A DNA stretch of 64,000 nt from Squalus acanthias (lineage: Eukaryota), in assembly GCA_030390025.1 (NCBI GenBank), contig CM059432.1, forward strand, positions 40,550,001-40,614,000, written 5' to 3'. The notes below the pieces were generated by a model, which saw only the letters and a list, made by a program, of their open reading frames with translations, had not been told where the DNA came from and ran no database searches. A program made the translations under genes and the position numbers. Of the stretch, positions 1-12,820 are shown one piece after another. Within the stretch, counting starts at the first letter, position 1; the number at the start of each line of letters is the position of its first letter.

Positions 1-262
1 GACAATCTAGTGGGAAGAGGAGTTGGGGCCAGTAAAGGCCCAAAAAGTTAAGTTTTTTAACTTTTTTTTTTAACTTTTCTTGTTGGCCAGGAGGAGCAGG
101 AGTGCTCACCCAGGTCTCACAAGGAAAGTCTAGGCCTCTTCTGCCCTCCCCTGATCGCGAGGCCCTCTAAAATCGCCTTCCTGCGACTTACCCGCGTGCC
201 GGCGACTATTCCTTTGGTCCCTGGCGGCGACCTCCGACCATGTAAAAAAAATCCTCTGGAAC

Positions 263-511
263 TATTTGAAGAAGAGCAGCGGAGTTCTCTTGGTGTCCTG
301 GCCAATATTTATCCCTCAAACAACATCACTCAAACAGATTATCTAGTCATTTAACTCATCGCGGTTTGTGAGATCTTGCTGTGTGCAAGTTGACTGCCAT
401 GTTCCCAGACGTTACAACAGTGACTACACTTCAAAAGTATTCAGTTGGCTGTGAAGGTCTTTGGGATGTCCTGAGGATGTGAAAGAAACTGTATAAATGC
501 ATGTTCTTTGT
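263..511 (+). mobile_element. DeuSINE-like (SacSINE1/AmnSINE1-type) SINE, 3' part
   Basis: GAAGAAGAGCAG..GTGTCCTGGCCAATATTTATCCCTCAA..GACTACACTTCAAAAGTA..GGGATGTCCTGAGG..TATAAATGCA; similar copies at 43115-43560, 46580-46760, 51071-51432. Family name is from recall, not a search. Confidence 0.65.
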
Positions 512-889
512 TTCTAACTGATTTGGAGCACTGCAGAGTGTATATTATGCTGAAAAAACAGTGCTGCAGTTCTTCTTGCATTCACTTGCAAATGTAAATA
601 AGGAATATATCTGAATAAGTAAAACAGTTTTTTGTTTAACCTGATTCCTTCTTTCCACACACCTTTCCAGGCTGAGAGGAGGGTTAGGGACCTGTTTCAT
701 AGAATCATACAGCACAGAAGTTCATGCCTCCATCTTTGCTGGTCTGCTATTCGGCAGTAGGTTGCGTGAGAGTTGCTCATGTTTGGCACTATCAGATTTT
801 CCCTCTCTCTCTCACCTCACCTCTGCTTAGATTGAGAACTTGTTGGGATTTTCCTGTTCTGAGGTAGTCATGGCAGGGAATGGATGCAA

Positions 890-3110
890 AGGAGTAGTAT
901 ATAGGCCCCCTAACAGTAGCTATACCGTTGGACAGAATATTAATCAAGAAATAGTAAGAGCTTGCAACAAAGGTAATGCAATAATTGTGGGGGACTTTAA
1001 TCTTCATATAGACTGGACAAATCAAATTGGTAAAGGTAGTCTGGAGGACGAGTTCATGGAATGCATTCGGGACAGTTTCCTAGAACAATGCGTCATGGAA
1101 CCAACCAGGGAACAGGCTATTTTAGATCTTGTACTGTGTAATGAGACAGGGTTAATTAGCAATCTCATAGTAATGGATCCTCTGGGGCAGAGTGATCATA
1201 ATATGATAGAACTTCACATTAATTTTGAGAGTGACTTGCCTAAGTCGAAAACTAGAGTCTTAAACTTAAATAAAGCCAATTATATAGGTATGAGGGGCGA
1301 GTTGGCTAAGGTAGATTGGAAAAATAGATTAAAAGGTATGGCGGTAGATAAGCAGTGGCTAGCATTTAAAGAAATATTTCATAATTCTCAACAAAAATAC
1401 ATTCCATTGAGAAACAAAAACTCCACGGGAAAAGTGATCCAATCGTGGCTAACTAAAGAAGTTAAGGATAGCATTAGATTGAAAGAAGAAGCTTATAATG
1501 TTGCAAAGAATAATAGTAAACCTGAGGATTGGGAGAGTTCCAGAAACCAGCAAAGGATGACCAAAAGTTGATAAAAAGGGGGGGAAAAAAAGAATAGGAG
1601 AGAAAACTAGCAAGAAATATAAAAGCAGATTGTAAGAGCTTCTACAAGTATGTAAAAAGGAAGAGAGTAGCAAAAGTAAAAGTTGGTCCCCTAGAGGCTG
1701 AGACAGGAAAAATTATGAGGAATAAGGAAATGGCAGAAACATTAAACAAATATTTTGTATCTGTCTTCACAGTAGAAGACACAAAAAGCATACCAAAAAT
1801 GGTGGGGAACCAAGGGTCTAATGAGGGTGAGGAACTTAACGTAATTAATATAAGTAGAGAAAAAGTACTAGAGAAACTAATGGGACTAAAAGCCAACAAA
1901 TCCCCTTGACCTGACAGCCTACATCCTAAGGTTCTAAAAGAAGTGGCTGAAGAGATAGTGGATGCATTGGTTTTGATCTTCCAAAATTCCCTAGATTCTA
2001 GAATGGTCCCAGCGGATTGGAAGGTCACAAATGTGACATCGCTATTCAAGAAAGGAGGGAGAGAAAAAACAGGAAACTACAGGCCAGTTGCCTGACATCA
2101 GTCGTCGGGAAAATGCTGGAATCCATTGTTAAGGAAGTGGTATCAGGGCACTTGGAAAATCATAACATGATTAGGCAGAGTCAACATGGTTTTATTAGAG
2201 GGAAATCGTGTTTGACAAATTTATTAGAGTTTTTTGAGGATGTAACTAACAGGGTAGATAAAGGGGAACCAGGGGATGTAGTATATTTGGATTTCCAAAA
2301 GGCATTTGATAAGGTGCCACATGAAAGGTTATTACACAAGATTAGGGCTCATGGGATTGGAGGTAATATAGTAGCATGGACAGAAAACAGAGACTAGGGA
2401 TAAACAGATCTTTTTCAGGTTGGCAGGCTGTAACTAGTGGGGTACTGCAAGGATCAGTGTTGGGGCCTCAGCTATTTACAATCTATATTAATGACCTAGA
2501 TGAAGGGACTGAGTGTAATGTATCCAAGTTTGCTGATGATACAAAGCTAGGTGGGACAGTAAGCTGTGAGGAGAACACAAAGAATCTGCAAAGGGATATA
2601 GACAGACTAAGTGAGTGGGTAGTAAGGTGGCAGATGGAGTATAATGTAGGGAAATGAGAGGTTATTCACTTTGGTAGGAAGAATAGAAAAACATAATATT
2701 TTTTAAATGGTGAGAAACTTTCAAATGTTGGTGTTCAGAGAGATTTGGGTGTCCTCGTGCAAGAAACACAGAAAGCTAGCATGCAGGTACAGCAAGCAAT
2801 AAGGAAGGCAAATGGCATGTTGGCCTTTATTGCAAGGGGGTTGGAGTATAAGAGTAAGGAAGTCTTGCTACAATTGTACAGGGCCTTTGTAAGACCACAC
2901 CTGGAGTACTGTGCACAGTTTTGGTCTCCTTATCTAAGGAAGGATATACTTACCTTGGAGGCGGTGGAACGAAGGTTCACTAGATTGATTCTGGGATGAG
3001 AGGGCTGTCCTATGATGAGAGATTGTGTAGAATGGGCCTATACTCTATGGAGTTTAGAAGAATGATCTCATTGAAACATATAAGATTCTGAAGGGGATTG
3101 ACAGGGTAGA
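890..3110 (+). mobile_element. CR1 LINE, degenerate ORF2 (APE endonuclease + reverse transcriptase), 3' end lost
   Basis: ORF pieces VVYRPPNS..IIVGDFN..ILDLVL..SDHN (840-1571), QHGFIRGKSCLTNLLEFF..YLDFQKAFDKVPH (2017-2397), QGSVLGPQLF..KFADDTKL (2376-2657), RPHLEYCAQFWSP (2745-2999); stops and frameshifts between pieces. Confidence 0.92.
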
Positions 3111-3750
3111 TTCAGATATGTCTTCCTTTTTCCTCGACCAAGGATTCCCCTCTAACGTGGTTGACACGGCCCTCGACCATGTCCGTTCCATTTCCCACAC
3201 TTCTGCTGTCGCCCCTTCCCCTCCCTCCCAGAACCACGATAGCGTTCCCCTTGTCCTCACCTTTCACCCCGCCAGCCTCCACATTCAACGGATCATCCTC
3301 CGCCATTTCCGTCACCTCCAGCGTGATTCCCACCACCAAACACATCTTCCCCGCCCCCGCCCCCTTCAGCATTCCGAAGGGACCGCTCCCTCCGCGACAC
3401 CCTGGTCCACTCCTCTATCACCCCCAACACCCCTTCCCCTTCCCCTTCCCATGGCACCTTCCCATGCAAGCGCAGGAGATGCGACACCTGCCCTTTTACC
3501 TCCTCCCTTCCCACTGTCCAGGGCCCGAGGTGAATCAGCAATTTACTTGTACTTCTTGCAATTTAGTATACTGTATTCATTGCTCACGATGCGGTCTCCT
3601 CTACATTGGGGAGACCAAATGCAAATTGGGTGACCGCTTTGCGGAACACCTCCGTTCAGTCCGTAATCGTGACCCCGAGCTTCCGGTCGCCTGTCACTTT
3701 AATTCTCCGCTCCACTCTGATCCCTCCGTCCTCGGCATCTTACACTGTTG
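3111..3750 (+). mobile_element. Penelope-like element fragment (RT thumb/linker + GIY-YIG endonuclease), Neptune-like
   Basis: VPLVLTFHP..IQRIILRHF; Cys linker PCKRRRCDTCP (~3461-3493); NLVYCIHCSRCGLLYIGETKCKLGDRFAEH..PVACHFN; frameshifted and truncated at both ends. Confidence 0.85.
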
Positions 3751-4320
3751 AGGGGTATTTAACTTACATTCTCCAATTCCATGACACTAAATGATGGTAC
3801 TCCAATGTGCAGCACCCCACTCCACTTCAGTCTGAACTATTTCTTGATTGATAGGCTTGTTAAAGAGATTAGACGTACTGCATACCACAAAATTTGAATG
3901 AGCCAGGGTCTGGCAGGCAAAACTCTATTAACTTCTGCCAGGGCAGCAGGAGACAAAGAACCAGAGCCAAAGGATCACCAATACAGAATAATACTGCCCC
4001 ACAATAAGCTCCTACCAAACAATGCACTATTATGAAAGAAACTAAAGGGAGTCATTACTATAAATGAATTCTACTAACTGGGTAAAGTCTAGCACTGGAA
4101 TGTAAATGAAAACCCTTTGTATTATTCCAGAATGTTCTTATTAAAACAATGTGCTCTATTTGCTACAAAGTTGTGCATGGGCAACAGTTCTTGTTTTCAT
4201 ATATATATTTTACCATATCTGGCTGGGGTCCATGTCAATGTCTGGAAGTGTTAAGAAAGCTGTGGGCAATTTTATGAAGCACTGGTTTTTAAAGCAACTT
4301 TCACTAAGAGTTGACAGAAC

Positions 4321-4323
<3 letters not shown>

Positions 4324-4352
<29 letters not shown>
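4324..4352. repeat. (TG)14 microsatellite
   Basis: direct reading. Confidence 0.95.
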
Positions 4353-4354
<2 letters not shown>

Positions 4355-6770
4355 TACTGCTTTTAAGTCTACTGTGGATTTATATAGTGAAGTGATAACT
4401 GAGACCAGACTGACTGTCAGAAATTGGTGAAATCAGTGTTGGATATCACATCTAGGTTTGCATAGATATAATTTGCAGTTGGTTACAGGGGAATTCTATT
4501 TCTAGTATACTGTACATTACATTAGAATTCATTATTTAAGATGCAGTGATCACATTTGTCAGTGCTATATGATGGGGTTTAATAATTAGTATTCGTTGCT
4601 TGTTGCTAACTGCTTTACTCCACAACATTTTGTTTAAGACTCTCTATGATGCATTGATTTTGATCACCTATAGACAGGCTTTGAAAAAACAATTTACAAG
4701 TATCAGTAGATAAATATCTACTGACATAAGGTGACATGATTTTTTGACCTCTGCAGGGTTTGACCCTGTAACTATCTGGCTCTGGGTTTACCAGGTATTT
4801 GGGTGGGCATGCTAGTTGGCTACGTAATAATCGGGATTTCAAACCTCCACTGTGAATTACTTTATGAGTATTTAGTATACAAAGATTCACCAATTAGAGT
4901 AAGTTTCAATCAGGTACTTATAACAGAAGTTGGGATATAATTTGCCTATATTCTCTCAGTAATTTTTTTCATTATTACAACACGTATTATTGGTAACCAT
5001 AAAGTTCATTGTTAAACAGACAGTGAATTGATGCCTCCCTGGTTGCATGTTTTACAATGAAACTGATGAGTGACGTGTGTTAAGTGCCTGATAACTGAGA
5101 CTTTAAATATGTCGTTTTGGGAACAAGTTGTATGTTCTTGAAGGTGAAGGATGTCAGTACTGTACTGGAGAATGGGATATATTTTACACTTCCTCCAATA
5201 ATTGGCAAGCAATCACGAATTAGGTGAGGGAGAGGAAAATCGGCCAGGTTTCTTGCACCTGATCACTATCCAGCACTACCTGCTTTCATAGCTTACTGAC
5301 GCTCATTATCAAGGCTCACAAATGAATAATGACCACATGGGAGAGGGACGAGAGGACAAACTGTGCCATAGAGCTTTACTCCAGGGAGGGAATCAACACC
5401 ATCAGGAGAGAAGGGAAGAAAACTGAACAGGGGGGAAAAGATAAAGCAGTATCAAAGCACAATACCTCAGTCTGAAATGTCCCTCATTTTATATATATAG
5501 CTTATTATTTCTGAAGAATGTAGGGTAACAGCAGCAAACTCTAAAACAATTAAGTACTTTAGGGGGCCATCCAAGTAATGTTTTTCGAAGTACAGTGAAT
5601 AATATTTTGCTTAGCTCCCTCTCAAGAAGACTGTAAAAATGACACCAACTGGCAATATAAATCAGGAAACCTCATCCTGGAAAATTATGCAAATCAGTGG
5701 TGAAAATCAATCCAATGGCAAAATTTTTACGCAAACAAGTAATAAATTCATATATATATTTTTGAATAAAAGCTTATTTTTTTTTCCAATGATAGGAAAA
5801 AAAATAGGATTTATAGAATGAGCTGAATTATCTGACAAAGCTTTATGCAGTCAAGAGCTGTCCAATCAAAACCATACAAGGTTAGAAGGAGTTACGGTAG
5901 GCGCTAAGTTAACTGCACTAGTGCTACAGTCACGAACACTGTCCATGTTATGGACCTGTCATTTCAATTGCAAGTTAATTCATGTTCTCTCAGAGTGGAA
6001 GGTGGTATAGAGGTGGACACAGCCATCAGTTGCTAGTAATTAAAGCTTTAGCATACCATCCATCTAAATAATAAAAACAATATGAATATGCAAATGGTCT
6101 AAACATCTGTATCTGAACCCAGGTCCTGATACTCCTGTTTATGAATGTCATGAGCAATATGAAGGTACAAGTAGTTCTACCTGTTTTTCTCTCCCTAATG
6201 CAGCAAACAGGTTTCCCCTTTCCTTTCCTCACAAGGTACTTTTATATTTCACGAGTGAAAATGTGAGTCTACAAATGTGCCATTGGATTGAGGGAGCTGG
6301 TTTCAGGAAAGTGAACGGTGTGCTGTGTTTACACACTATTAAGAATACATCGCAACAATGTGCAGCAGAGCCCAGCACAACCAGCACTTGAATTAAAAGT
6401 AAAAGAGGAAAAGTGATGCTTGGTAGGTTTCTCTCCCTACACAGGAACAGTGGAAAATAAGCAATGTAAAACCATTTCAGGGCGCTTCTTTGGTGATTAG
6501 CTTAGCTTGGCATCCTGCTCAGGCCTCTCCTTGTCTCTTATCAATCCTGGTTGCTACTGTGACCCTGAAGAGAGTATAAGTAATCAGGTACAAGGTCTTT
6601 AAAGCCAGAGTTTCCACTCCCTGATGCGTTTGAGGTGGTTGAGCCTATTGCTATGGTAATCCTCTATTTGGTCAAGAGGTCATGATGCGAAGATGCCGGT
6701 GTTGGACTGGGGTGGACAAAAGCGAGAAGTCGCACAATACCAGGTTATAGTCCAACAGTTTTATTTGAAA

Positions 6771-6807
6771 TCACAAGCTTTCGGAGCGCTGCTCCTTCGT
6801 CAGGCGA
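6771..6807 (-). ncRNA. minimal type I hammerhead ribozyme motif (PLE pLTR)
   Basis: minus strand UCGC CUGACGA A GGAGC AGC GCUCC GAAA GCUU GUGA: conserved CUGAnGA/GAAA core, stem II GGAGC/GCUCC, palindromic AAGCUU stem III. Confidence 0.8.
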
Positions 6808-7055
6808 AGTGAAGGAATACAAATCGGCAAAGCATATATAGACAGAGAACAATGCCTGTGCAGCGTACAATGTCAGACAACTACAGTTAATCTTTCTGAC
6901 TGCCTTTTATCACACCTCGGCAGAGAGACAATCAGGTCAGTCAGGAAGACATTATATCAAAGACATAGCAAAATACAACTAAGACAATGAGGTAGGGTCA
7001 CAGGGGGTCTAATGTGTCAAATGCTGCAGTCTGTATGGAAAACCATAAACTTTAA

Positions 7056-8021
7056 TCGGTTTCATTCTTGGACACACGAATCTCCATCAAAGACGGACAC
7101 CTCAGCACTTCACTCTACCGCAAGCCCACGGACAACCTCACGATGCTCCACTTCTCCAGCTTCCACCCTAACCACGTTAAAGAAGCCATCCCCTATGGAC
7201 AAGCCCTGCGAATACACAGGATCTGCTCAGACGAGGAGGAACACGATGGACACCTACGGACGCTGAAAGACGCCCTCGTAAGAACGGGATATGACGCTCG
7301 ACTCATCGATCGACAGTTCCGACGGGCCACAGCGAAAAATCGCATAGACCTCCTCAGAAGGTGAACACGGGACATAACCAACAGAGTACCCTACGTCGTC
7401 CAGTACTTCCCCGGAGCGGAGAAACTACGCCATGTTCTTCGCAGCCTTCAACATGTCATCGATGACGACAAACACCTCGCTAAGGCCATCCCCACGCCTC
7501 CACTACTCGCCTTCAAACAGCCACCTAACCTCAAAAGTACCATAGTTCGCAGCAAATTACCCAGCTTTCAGGAGAACAGCGACCACGACACCACACAACC
7601 CTGCCACGGCAACCTCTGCAAGACATGCCAGATCATCAACACAGATACCATCATCACACATGAGGACACCACCCACCAGGTTCATGGTACATACTCATGT
7701 GACTCGGCCAACGTTGTCTACCTCATACGTTGCAGGAAAGGATGCCCCGGAGCATGGTACATCGGCGAGACCATGCAGACACTGCGACAACGTATGAACG
7801 GACACCACGCAACAATCGCCAGGCAGGATTGTTACCTCCCAGTCGGGGAACACTTCAGCAGTCAAGGACATTCAGCCTCGGATCTTCGGGTAAGCGTTCT
7901 CCAAGGCGGCCTTCGAGACACACGACAACGCAACATCATCGAGCAGAAACTGATAGCCAAGTTCCGCACCCATGAGGACAGCCTCAACCGGGATCTTGGG
8001 TTCATGTCACGCTACATGTAA
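7056..8021 (+). pseudogene. PLE polyprotein C-terminus (RT thumb, Cys-rich linker, GIY-YIG endonuclease) with one in-frame stop
   Basis: single frame: SFLDTRISIKDGHLSTSLYRKPTD..SSFHP..IPYGQALRIHRICS..TGA(7362-7364)..PCHGNLCKTC..NVVYLIRCRKGCPGAWYIGETMQTLRQRMNGH..EQKLIAKFRTHEDSLNRD. Confidence 0.9.
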
Positions 8022-8351
8022 CCCCACCTGACGTAGAGTCATCCAGACTCGAGTTGTCATTGACTTGTTCACAGATGTGATTTCCAGTAAAAAAAGTAAA
8101 AAGTTTAAAGTTTATGGTTTTCCATACAGACTGCAGCATTTGACACATTAGACCCCCTGTGACCCCACCTCATTGTCTTAGTTGTATCTTGCTATGTCTT
8201 TGATATAATGTCTTCCTGACTGACCTGATTGTCTCTCTGCCGAGGTGTGATAAAGGCAGTCAGAAAGATTAACTGTAGTCGTCTGACATTGTACGCTGCA
8301 CAGGCATTGTTCTCTGTCTATATATGCTTTGCCGATTTGTATTCCTTCACT

Positions 8352-8389
8352 TCACCTGACGAAAGAGCAGCAGCTCCGAAAGCTTGTGA
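8352..8389 (+). ncRNA. minimal type I hammerhead ribozyme motif, stem II closing pair mutated
   Basis: UCAC CUGACGA A AGAGC AGCA GCUCC GAAA GCUU GUGA. Confidence 0.7.
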
Positions 8390-8954
8390 TTTCAAATAAA
8401 ACTGTTGGACTATAACCTGGTGTTGTGCAACTTCTCACTTTGGTCAAGAGGTGTTCCCTTTCCTCTCTTGGGCCATCTAATCCCAACAAAATTGAGTGTT
8501 TATGCTTTCTTTTCCATTTCGCCCAACCATCTCTCTGAACTAAAGGCACGTCTGTCTATAAGCAGTTTATGGGCTAAAGTTCTCAGCAGGAAATGCAGTA
8601 GATCATTTATCCAGAGGACTCCTATTGTTTCACTAATGGCAATTTAGCACCTTATAAACAGAAATTTTAGACAGAGATTGAGTAGCATAAGCTTTATTTC
8701 ATGCTCCATAAATACTAATCTATCTGGAAGATAGATTACAGGATGCATACCACACTCACTTTGTAGAGCTGTTCTAACTTCTCCAAAACAACTCACCTAA
8801 TGATATTAACATTCATTGTTTTAAAAGTAATATTCAAACAATCAGGAAAAATATAAAGCAGAAGAGCATGTGGAGTATTTTCAACATTATAAACACAACT
8901 ACAAATAGTTCACTATTTTTCTATAAAATGCAATTGATCCTGTTATAACAGGGA

Positions 8955-9465
8955 TACAAAAGCAATAGAAAATGTGCAGCATAGATTCACTAGGATGTTA
9001 CCACGGATGAGTGGTTATAATTATCAAGAGGGCTTGAGAAGTGGGAGTTTTTTTTCCACTGGGGGTGAGAAGGTTAAGGGGTGAATTGATGAGGTTTTCA
9101 ACATTATGGAGGGTTATGATAGGGTAAATAGTGATAGATGTTTCTATAATGATTGAAAGGTCCAGAACGAGGGGACATAGATACACAATTAAAGGTAAGA
9201 GATTTACGACAGAGAGCAGGAGAATTTTTACAGAGAGGGTTGTGAGGCCGTGGAATGCACTATTGGTGATTAAAGCAGAGACCTTGTCAACATTTAAGAC
9301 TAGGTTAGATAGGTAGTTGAAGAAAAGGGGGATAAAGGGATATCGAAACAGGACAGGCACATGGGATTCGGGCTACTGCTTGTTGGTGGGATTCAACATC
9401 CATACAGACTGGCTGGGCTGATCGGCCCGTTTTCCATGTTGTTATTTCTATGTAATTCTATGTAA
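8955..9465 (+). mobile_element. CR1 LINE 3' fragment
   Basis: RTRGHRYTIKGKRF..FTERVVRPWNAL..FKTRLDR; tail TTTCTATGTAATTCTATGTAA. Confidence 0.8.
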
Positions 9466-10599
9466 AACTACGGAGATGAAATTTCAGGCCAATGTTGCAG
9501 TTATCATAATTAAAATGCTGTTTTCTTTGTGCTCAAGCTTGCATTTAAATAAGAATGCCAGTAATAAAAAAAAACTTACAAAAATCTTTCTAGAAGTTAT
9601 TCTAGGTAAGAGTGTGCACAGTCATTTTCAGTTTCTTCTTGCTTTCAGTACATAACTGAAATACACCCATAAATAAAGAGCTTTAAATAACAGAACGTAG
9701 AATACCGCATTATGGAAACAGAGTAGCCTTATAAAATGAGGTCATTTCTCTCTGCAGAGGGGACCTGGAACGGTTTCCAAATTTAAAACCTCTTTTATTA
9801 GGGATCCTACAGAAACCCTTACAGCAACCTGCACCTGCTGCCAGTGTCATGCTTTTAATTATCCATAAGCGATGAGCCTCTCGCTTGTTACTAGGTTTCC
9901 TGTCACATGTTACTCAAGAGGTATGTGGTGCTGGGAGAGGGCAGACCTCTCCTCCAGAATCCAGTCTCCTTAGTTTTCATCTCCTCCCCAGCCAGACAGC
10001 GTGATGACAGCTTTGAAAAATGACAGCCCCTAACGACCAGTACTGTAACCCCTACATAGCTTATAATAGGGAATAGTGGAAATCTGTAGTGCTGGGTCTA
10101 ACCAGCCAGGATATTTAACCCTTCAGGCACTGAAAAAAAAAATCCCCCTTCCAAAAGCTAGCATTGCTGCTGGGAAGTAAAATTAGCATCCTTCATTTCT
10201 GGTCCCAGTAATAGCGTCTGATTCATGTAAGCAGGGATCTCGCCTAACAGTGCCCGTTTTTAAAAATCAGAATGACAAAGAATGGCAATTACCCTTAATA
10301 TGAAATTATTTTGGAGCACCACTGTGGGATTAGAGTGGAGGAATTACCGAGCCTGACAAAACTATGGAGGTCAGGCACTGTGATTAATTTAGACACTTCA
10401 GCGATTGTGATATTTCAACAGTATAGATTCATCTTCTTTGTGCTGTCAGGCTCAGTGACTCCTCCGTGTTAGCTCCTCTGATGAGGATAATAGTTAAATT
10501 AAAATATTTAAGAAGGAATAGAAATAGACAGAAAATAACTGTCAAACATAACTCTGTAACTGCTTTTTCAAAGGGCTCCTGATAACGAAACAGACTCTT

Positions 10600-10910
10600 A
10601 TTCTTGTGTTTAAATCTCTCCATGGCCTTGTCCTGCTCTATTTCTGTAATGCGAACCCCCCTCCAAAGGCGCCGCTCCTCTGATTCCGGACTCTTGTGAA
10701 TTCCCCTTCCCTTCCTTCCAACATTGGTTGCCATGCCTTCAGCTGCTTACATCTCGGTCTCTGGAATTCCCTCCCTAAATTCTCCCCAATGCCCTCTCCT
10801 CTTTACCATGCTTTTGGTCAGCCCTCCTAATAATTCGTTCTTGGGCTTGGTGTCTGTTTTCCTTCCTCGTGCCTCGGTGAAGCGCCATGGGCTGTTTTTC
10901 TGCGTTAAAG
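10600..10910 (+). mobile_element. L2 LINE 3' fragment
   Basis: similar to L2 3' ends at 34690-35133 and 50700-51070 (CCATGGCCTTG..CTCTGGAATTCCCTCCCTAAA..GTGAAGCGCC). Confidence 0.6.
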
Positions 10911-10946
10911 GTGTAGTTGCTCATTGGTGTTATTGATATGAGATCT

Positions 10947-11154
10947 CAAACACAGCGGGGGTAATTTTTGACTTTGTGCAATAATGTAAAACAGGAGATA
11001 GCGAATCAGCGGCCGTTTTACATCTGCCCCTATTTTTGTTTCCATTAAAGTCAAAATCATAGTAAAAATCGAGAGAGATTTAAAACGGGCCGCTGATTCG
11101 CAATCATCTGTTTTACACGATTGCACAAAGCCAAAATTACCCCCACTGTGTTTG
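10947..11154. mobile_element. palindromic MITE-like element
   Basis: CAAACACAG-GGGGGTAATTTTTGACTTTGTGCAAT..GCGAATCAGCGGCCGTTTTA mirrored by TAAAACGGGCCGCTGATTCGC..ATTGCACAAAGCCAAAATTACCCCC-CTGTGTTTG. Confidence 0.75.
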
Positions 11155-11426
11155 TTTTAGGAAAGTTGCCATTGCAGACTTTTGTTGGGGATCAATGTAA
11201 GTGCCCACATTTATTTTTCTTTTCTCTTTACAAAATCAAAAAATAAAATCCCGTTAAATCTCAGCATCTTTAATTCCTGTTGTTCCAGGGGCTACCTTCT
11301 TAAAAAGGAAAAACTGTTTGGCAAATCTTTATTCATTTGTATGATGCGAGGACATAAAGTGACAAAAATGACACACAACTCGTCAGGATTTTCTCTATCC
11401 TTAAATGTTGTTCTCATGAAGACATT

Positions 11427-11578
11427 GACCCTGAATTTCTGGTTCTCCCAATTTGCTGCCGGAACTTCTGCAAGAGATCAGCAGAACCCTTGGAGAAACA
11501 GTGTGAATGGCTGAAAATAGCCAATCTCCTGCCAAAATATGGTGGTAGAGCAGGACAGCCACACAGAAATTCAGGGCC
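11427..11578. mobile_element. MITE-like element with G(A/G)CCCTGAATTTCTG termini
   Basis: GACCCTGAATTTCTG ... CAGAAATTCAGGGCC inverted termini. Confidence 0.5.
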
Positions 11579-12279
11579 AGTGTTCCTTTTTTACCCCACT
11601 TTTAAGTTATTCACCCTTAAGGCTTCTCCTGTTCTGCCACCGTAACTTCAGTCTAAGAGCCCATTTTGCGGAGTGGGAGAAGCCCTGAGGAAATTCCCAG
11701 TGGTTATATTTTCTCTGTGCCACACACCATTCTCCAGCCAAAAAGAGGAGACAGTTGGTTTCTCCCAAATCTCTGTCGCTCTTGTTGCCACTAGCTGAGG
11801 ATGTCGGAGACTGGCCTTGAGTAATTCACCTGATCATTTTTCCTCCAGCCCTTCTTGTGGATGAGCTCCTAGCCTCTACTTACGATTGCCTCAGCAACAA
11901 GATACAGGGCCTGACCCAGATGTTGTAGTAATCTGGGAGAGAAAACTGCAAGCCAACGCTTCTCCTCTACTTCTATTGTGCTTTTTTGCAATAGCTAGAT
12001 ACTGTGCCACAGAAAGCCACATCTGTCAGAATCAATAATTATAATCAACATAAACAACTTTCATAGAGGCAGAATAAGCAAGTTATACTCTAAATAACCA
12101 ATTCCAAATGTGAACGCTCAGTTTTGGAATATTGTTTCCAAACTTTTGCACCTAGCATTAGCTTGGAGCAATTCCAGTTCAAGCTTAGTCCAGGTTGAAG
12201 GCACAGTAAAGCTTCCTGAACGTTGCTACAACAATGTGTGATTTTTTCCCCATTTCTTACACCAGTTATCTCCAAACTT

Positions 12280-12820
12280 CCAACCCTATATCCTCTTCCT
12301 CATGAAGACTGCTTACTCCCATCTTTGCAATATCGCCTGCCTCACTTTTACTTCATCCACCACTTATCCATACTTTTGTTACCTCCTGACTTGACTTCTC
12401 CAGCACCCACCTCGTTGGCTTCCCAAGTCCATCCTACACAAACTCCAACGCTTCCAAAACTCTGCTGTCCACATCCTATCCCACATAACTCCTGCTTGCC
12501 CATCACCCCAGTTCTCGACAACCTTCATTGGCTCATTGTGCCCCAGAGCACTGAACTCAAAATGATCATCTTCATTTACAAACCCCTCCACAGGCACCAT
12601 CCTACTTCTACAACCTGATTTTTGTTCCAGCCTATGCCCTTCGATTCTCCAATTCTGTTCTTCTGCATATTTCCCCTCCATCATTGGTGGCAGAACCTTG
12701 GTCCTACTCTCCGGAACTATCTCCTTAAACCCTGCTGCCGTGCTACTTCCTTCCTCTGCTTTACAAGTCTCCTCAACACCTATCCAACCATAATTTTGAT
12801 AATCTCCTAAATGCAAGTTG
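12280..12820 (+). mobile_element. old L2 LINE fragment
   Basis: PITPVLDNLHWL..ELKMIIFIYKPLH L2 C-terminal motif. Confidence 0.7.

Larger units (their letters stand above)
6681..8438 (+). mobile_element. Penelope-like element (Neptune-type), 5'-truncated, with inverted pLTR arms (family A)
   Basis: inverted arms 6724-7055 and 8105-8436 (332 bp, ~9 differences counted by eye); 14-bp TSD TTTGGTCAAGAGGT at 6667-6680 and 8439-8452; internal RT-thumb/GIY-YIG frame. Confidence 0.95.

Noticed and set aside
1..250. CpG promoter or 62-aa ORF
   Set aside because: looks like the interior of a GC-rich repeat cut by the window edge; no support for a gene
840..2999. functional RT/endonuclease gene
   Set aside because: broken into many frames by stops and indels; a dead CR1 copy
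6681..8438. TIR DNA transposon
   Set aside because: encodes PLE RT thumb and GIY-YIG rather than a transposase; arms are asymmetric pLTRs with hammerheads
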